A program made the translations under genes and the position numbers. Shown here piece by piece: positions 59,057 through 64,000 of a DNA stretch of 64,000 nt. A model generated the notes under the pieces. The model was given only the letters and a program-made list of their open reading frames with translations, ran no database searches and was not told where the DNA came from. Origin of the DNA: Paramoeba atlantica (Eukaryota > Protista > Discosea). How positions within the stretch are numbered: position 1 is the stretch's first letter; each line of letters starts with the position of its first letter. Where the stretch lies: assembly GCA_977017575.1 (NCBI GenBank), contig CDRNVI010000199.1, positions 139 through 64,138 of the forward strand, in the 5' to 3' direction.

Positions 59057-59560
59057 TTAGAAGAAGTGTTGGAACTCTGGACATTTTTCATGCCTTTTAT
59101 TGTTTCCTTTGCTGTCTTTCTTGTCTTTCTTTTTTTGAGGGGAGATTATATAATCCCTCTTCAGCCTGTCCATCACAGTGTCAACTAACTTCTCTTCATC
59201 AGCCCTTTTCCTCTTCTTGTTACTGGAATCAGAAAGTGGATTCTGTCGACCTGATCTGCCCTCTCCTTGTTTGCATTGCCACGTCCAGTGTTGTTTCATT
59301 CACACAAAATTGCTTTCCTTGTTCGCTCGCCTCAGCCTTTTTTGGGCAGTCTTTGCGCAAATGGCCAGGTTGAAGACAAACAAAGCAGTTCGGCTTGGAT
59401 TTAACTTTCAGTTCCGCTTCTTGGCCACCATTCTGAAATCGGTTGGAACCCAACACGAATCGCTTTAGCACTCTTCCAACTCTCTGCAAAACAAGAATCT
59501 TCTACTTTCGCCTCAAACAAAACTCGAAGTGTCTCATCATTTGAAAACTCTCTTCTTCTT
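59057..59560 (-). other. CCHC zinc-knuckle ORF fragment, probably retroelement ORF1/gag
   Basis: CFVCLQPGHLRKDC followed by basic/acidic tracts; lies just upstream of and in the same orientation as the LINE-C fragment; no clean start or single frame. Confidence 0.45.
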
Positions 59561-59838
59561 TACATCGAGTATCCAGCGTTCTGGAGACCAGATGAACAGA
59601 AAAGGGAAAAAAGAAATACAAACTTTGCGTTTGAGAGAATAAAAAAAGGGCGCTATTTTAGAAATGAAGGAGAATCTTTTTTTCTTTTTTTTTTTTCGCT
59701 TTTCTTTTTTTGAAAGCGAAAAAAATTGTTTTCCGCTTCTTGTCTTAGGGCCCCTTCTGAAAAAGAAAAGAGAGAGAAGAGAGGAGAGAGAGAAGAATAC
59801 ATTTTTAAAAACAAAAGAGAGAGGGGAGAAAATAGATC

Positions 59839-60387
59839 ATGGATGGTGGAGGGGGGCAGATGATTTTGTCGAGCCATTTGGAGAAGAAAGGGGAGAAAGG
59901 ATTGGGGGGGAAGATATTTCGGAAGCGTTGGTTTGAGATGAAGAAGAAGGAGGGAGGGGGGAGTGGTGATGTTTTTATTGCTTATTTTTTTGAGGGGAAG
60001 GAGTTGGGGAGGATTGATGTTAAGGATGTGAGAGGTTTTTTTTTTTTTTTTTTTTGGGGGGGGGGGTTTGGTTTTTTGTTTTTTGTTTGGTGGTTTTGTT
60101 TGTTGTTTAAAGAAAGAGAGAAGAAGGAAAAGAAGAGAGAGAGAAAAGAAAGAAAAAAAAACAAACAAAAAAGACAAAAAAAGAAAAAGAAATGGAAAAA
60201 ATTAAAAAAAAAAAAATAAGAAAAAAAAAAAATAGATGTGCGAGTAGGGCAACAAATTGGAGAGTTTGATTTGATCACTGATAAAAGAACTTATTATTTG
60301 AGAGCTCTTTTTGAAGAGGACTTTGAAAAATGGACTCGCATTCTTTGTCAGTTTTGTTTTTTTTTTTTTTTTTTTGTTTTTTGTTTT

Positions 60388-60418
<31 letters not shown>

Positions 60419-60731
60419 TGTTTGTTTTTTTTTGTTTTTTGTTTTTTTTTTGTTTTTTGTTTTTTTTGTTTTTATTTGTTTTTTTTTTTTTTGTTTTTTG
60501 TTTTTTTTGTTTTTTATTTGTTTTTTTTTGTTTTTTTTGTTTTTGTTTTTGTTTTTTTTGTTTTTTTTGTTTTTTTTGTTTTTTTTTGTTTTTTTTGTGT
60601 TTTGATTGATTATTGAAATTTATTATTCTTATTATTTCTTTTTTGTTGATTATTTTTTTTTCTGTTTCATTCTTTCTTTTTCTTTCTTTTTTCTCACAAG
60701 AAAATGCACAGAACAATTGGGAGAGAATTAA
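59839..60731 (+). CDS. Small pleckstrin-homology (PH) domain protein; exons 59839-60034, 60236-60350, 60701-60731
   Basis: HLEKKGEKGLGGKIFRKRWFEM...IAYF...GRIDVKDV and FDLITDKRTYYLRALFEEDFEKWTRIL are PH beta1/beta2 and C-terminal helix patterns; GT-AG introns with matching phases. An AG just before the ATG means upstream exons are possible. Confidence 0.8.
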
Positions 60732-61063
60732 TTAATCCTCATCTTCCATCTCAAGAAGACAACAGCCTAAATCCTTCTGCTCATTGTTCTCTCTTTTCTT
60801 TCTTTCTTACTCTCTCTCTCTCTTTCTCTCTCTTTAATTTCATTTAATTTGTTGTTTGGTTGAATTTATTGTTGTGGATTTAGTTTGTTGTTTCTTGATT
60901 GAATTTGTTGTTTTTCGATTTTATATTTATTTTTAAATTAAATTCATTATTTATTTTTAAATTAAATTCATTCTTTATTTTTAAATTAAATTCATTATTT
61001 ATTTTCAATTTTATTCATTTTAATTAAAAAAACAAAACAAAAAAAATAGGGGATGGTTCAAAG

Positions 61064-61981
61064 ATGAATGTATATCGAGTAAGTATGTTGCAAAAAGGTT
61101 TTGATGATGTTCGTCATGGTGAAAATGGATCTTCAGTTTTGTTTTCTTTTTATTTTATTTTGTTTTATTTTGTTTTGTTTTATTTTGTTTTGTTTTATTT
61201 TGTTTTATTTTATTTTATTTTATTTTTTTTAATTATTTTAATTTTGTTTTTGGTGTTTTTTTGTTTTTATTTGTGTGTGTGATTTTTTTTTATATTTTGT
61301 TTTTCTTCTGTTTTTGTTTTATTTTGTTTTTGTTTTTGTTTTTGTTTTCTATTTTGTTTTCTATTTTGTTTTCTATTTTGTTTTCTTTTTTTGTTTTTAT
61401 CTTCTTTTTTCTCTCTTTTTAATCCAAGTAAATAAAACAGTACCTCGATCAAGTTAGCAGTGTTGATGAATTTAATGAGTATTTTTTTTTCTTTTTCTAT
61501 TTCTTTTCTTTTTCTTTTTTTTCTTTTTCTTTTTCTTTTTCTTTTTCATTTCATTTCTTTTTCTTTCTTCTTTTAATAATTGAAAAAAAAAAAAACAGCA
61601 CCCGATCTGCAACAGATTATTATGGAAAGAAACCAGTTCAAGAAGTCCAAGGTCTTGGTTATGGCGGGGTATCATTTTTTCTTTCTCTCTTCTCTCTCTC
61701 TTTTTTTTTTTTCTCTTTTTTCTCTTTTTTTTCTCTCTTTGAGATTTTTTGATTTTTTTTTTCTCCTTTTTTCTTTTCTTGAAAAACATTCTTCTTTCTC
61801 TCTTCTCTCTTCTCTCTCTTCTCTCTCTTCTCTCTCTTCTCTCTCCTAAATTACCTTTTTCTTTGTGAAGTTGGTCGATAAAATTCACGGAGATTTGTCT
61901 CGAAAACCAGAAATTACAACAATGGCTGATAAAAATCGTCAGAAAGAAGAAGATTTTCCAGAAGAATATGCTTCCTTTTAA
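61064..61981 (+). CDS. 96-aa protein of unknown function; exons 61064-61135, 61441-61478, 61599-61668, 61871-61981
   Basis: Four high-complexity islands joined by GT-AG introns with consistent phases (0, 2, 0), ending in TAA. Confidence 0.7.
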
Positions 61982-62206
61982 AAAAGAAAAAAAAGAAAAA
62001 GAAAAAAGAAAAAAGAAAATATTCTTTCAAAAAGGAAAGGTTTTTGTTTTGTGGTATTTCATCCTCTATTGCTTGAAAGTAAATTTTGTAAATTTCAATT
62101 TTTATTCTCTCTTCTTTTTTTTTTTTCTTTTCTCTTCAAAGATTTTAAAAAGACCATTTTTCTTTTCCAAAAAATCAAGAAGAACACCCTTCTCTCCTTC
62201 CTCTCT

Positions 62207-62238
<32 letters not shown>

Positions 62239-63734
62239 CTACTGAGGCTCAGGAAAAAAACTAGAATTTTCTGTTTTAATCGCTTCAAATAATTTGGAAT
62301 CATAAACAGCAACTGTACGAGAAGAAATTGCTCCAATGTATAATACATACACTTCTATTGCACAGACTACTTGTTTTGGATTTGGATTTGGAATCGATTT
62401 TTTGATTATGTCTGTGTAGATTTGACCCTGTTTGTTTTTGGAAAGAGAATGAGAGGAGAGAGAGAAGAGAGAGAAGAGAGAGAATGAGAGAGAGAAGAGA
62501 GAGAATGAGAGAGAGAGAGAGAGAATGGGAGAAAGGTTAGAGAAAGAAGAGAAAGAAAAATAGAAATAAAATCCAAAAATAAAAAAATAAAAATAAAATA
62601 AAAATTGAACCTTTGAATCCCAAAGAGACTCTTTTTCACCACTCTCACGATATGAAGAAACTACTTTTTGTACTTGAGGAACGACATCCATCCTTCCCTA
62701 TTTCCCAATCATTTGTAAAGAGAGAGAGAGAGAAAAGAAAGAAAGAGAAAAGAGAGAGAGAGAGAGAGAGAGAAAAGAAAGAAAGTTAGGAGAGGGGAGA
62801 AGAAGAAGAGGAGGGTGAGAATGAGGAATGAAGAGAGAAAAGAGAGAAAGAGGAGAAAGAAATAGGAATTGAGAAAGAGAAAGAGAAAGAGAAAGAGAAA
62901 GAGAAAGAGAGAGAGAGAAAAAACCTTATGATCAACAAGAGACAAACGATAAGAATAAGTAAAATCATCAAATTTCATTACCATTGAACTATTTCCCTGT
63001 TTTATTTGATTCATTTATTTTAATCTTTTTTGAATTATTCTTTAAATTATTTTTTATTATTTATTATGTATTTTTCATTTATTTTCAAAATTTATTTTAT
63101 TTTTTATTATAAAATAAATAAATCAATGATTTATTTTTTCTTTAAATCCAACAAAATGAATTTGTTTTAATTTTTTGAATAAAATAATAACTCAATTAAA
63201 CCAACCTCCCAAAACATTTCTTGACTTTGGTGATACAAATCAACAACTCTTCTTCTTAAAATTTGCACCATTTGATGAGATTGATCTTCATTGCTGGAAT
63301 GAGAGGAAAGAAAGAAAGAAAGAGAAGATGAGAAGCAAATACAAAAAAGGAAAGAAGACTAAAAAAAACAAAAGAGAGAAAGAGAGAGAAGAGAGAAGAG
63401 AAAGAGAAGAGAAGAGAGAAAGAAGAGAAGAGAAAGAGAGAAAGAGAAGAGAGAGACCAAGGATAGAGACGACCATGAGCAGGCATAATACTTGGTGCAA
63501 TCACCTAAAATAGGAAAAAACTAAATTTAAAAAAAAAAAAGCATACAAGAGAAAGAAAAGAAAAGAGAGAGAAAAGAACAGAGAGAAAGGAAAGAGAGAA
63601 AGGAAAGAGAGAGAAAGGAAAGAGAGAGAAAGGAAAAGAAAGAAGAGAGAAACCTTTTGAGTGGTTCGATTAACAGCGATAAAATGAACAAGACCAGGAA
63701 ATCTCAGTTGATAATAAACTATTGGTCGATGCAT
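62239..63734 (-). CDS. HPS1: HPS1-like (BLOC-3 subunit, third longin domain), 3' part; exons 63654-63734, 63458-63504, 63206-63293, 62925-62996, 62611-62697, 62239-62427
   Basis: FPGLVHFIAVNRTTQKVIAPS, ILRRRVVDLYHQSQ, MKFDDFTYSYRL, GQIYTDII...IEVYVLYIGAIS follow the order of the HPS1 C-terminal motifs as I recall them; all intron phases are consistent; gene continues beyond the window. Confidence 0.7.
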
Positions 63735-64000
63735 CTTTTTTATTATTATTTATTTTTTATTTTTTATTTTTTATTTTTTATTTTTTATTTTTTATTTTTT
63801 ATTTTTTATTTTTTATTATTTATTATTTATTATTTATTTATGATTTATTATTTATTATTTATTAATATTTGTTAAAGAGAGAAGAGGGAAAGAGAGAGGT
63901 GGAGAGGAGAGAAGAGAGAAAAGAGAGAGAGAAAGGGAGGAGAGGGGAGAGAAGGGGGGGTTAGAATGCTAAAAGAAAAAGGAAAGAGAAGAAAAAGAAA

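Larger units (their letters stand above)
60035..63999. repeat. Intronic and intergenic simple repeats: (T)nG, (GA)n/(CT)n, TTTTA and GAGAAA units
   Basis: Low-complexity tracts fill almost all sequence between the exons above. Confidence 0.9.

Noticed and set aside
59653-63875. Many Phe/Leu/Ser-rich and Lys/Arg/Glu-rich ORFs in the ORF track (also 31056-31989, 37465-38089, 49830-51175, 55949-56448)
   Set aside because: They are translations of microsatellite introns, LTRs or low-complexity TE tracts, open on both strands because of base composition.
1-64000. CRISPR array, rRNA genes or prokaryotic operons
   Set aside because: No regularly spaced repeat-spacer units or rRNA-like sequence seen; the DNA is eukaryotic with spliceosomal introns.

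Overview
AT-rich eukaryotic (protist-like) genomic DNA; I cannot name the species. Bases 1 to about 59,000 form a solid, deeply nested transposon island. It contains: four copies of an L1/Tx1-like LINE (family A: ORF1 plus APE-RT-zinc knuckle-RNase H ORF2), two sister LINE families (B, C), four Ty1/Copia-type LTR elements, two related Ty3/Gypsy elements (one with a chromodomain), a tRNA-headed SINE (4 copies), a hAT remnant, a CAC-ended transposon encoding an intron-containing RAG1/Transib/Chapaev-type transposase plus derivatives, a second CAC-ended MITE family and a Mutator-like MITE. Nearly all TE ORFs are broken by C-to-T nonsense changes rather than indels. From about 59,800 to 64,000 there are three compact spliced host genes with microsatellite-filled introns: a small PH-domain protein, a 96-aa protein of unknown function and the 3' part of an HPS1-like gene. 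The most unusual signals are: (i) three Copia families whose primer-binding site matches the anticodon arm, not the 3' end, of tRNA-Lys(CUU); (ii) a Gypsy clade with TG...CT LTRs followed by T7 where the PBS should be; (iii) oligo(A) tracts at the 5' ends of full-length LINEs; (iv) a flipped LTR-PPT segment bounded by an inverted 5-bp duplication; (v) the RAG1-like transposon. All protein-family calls are by-eye motif recognition; no database searches were run.
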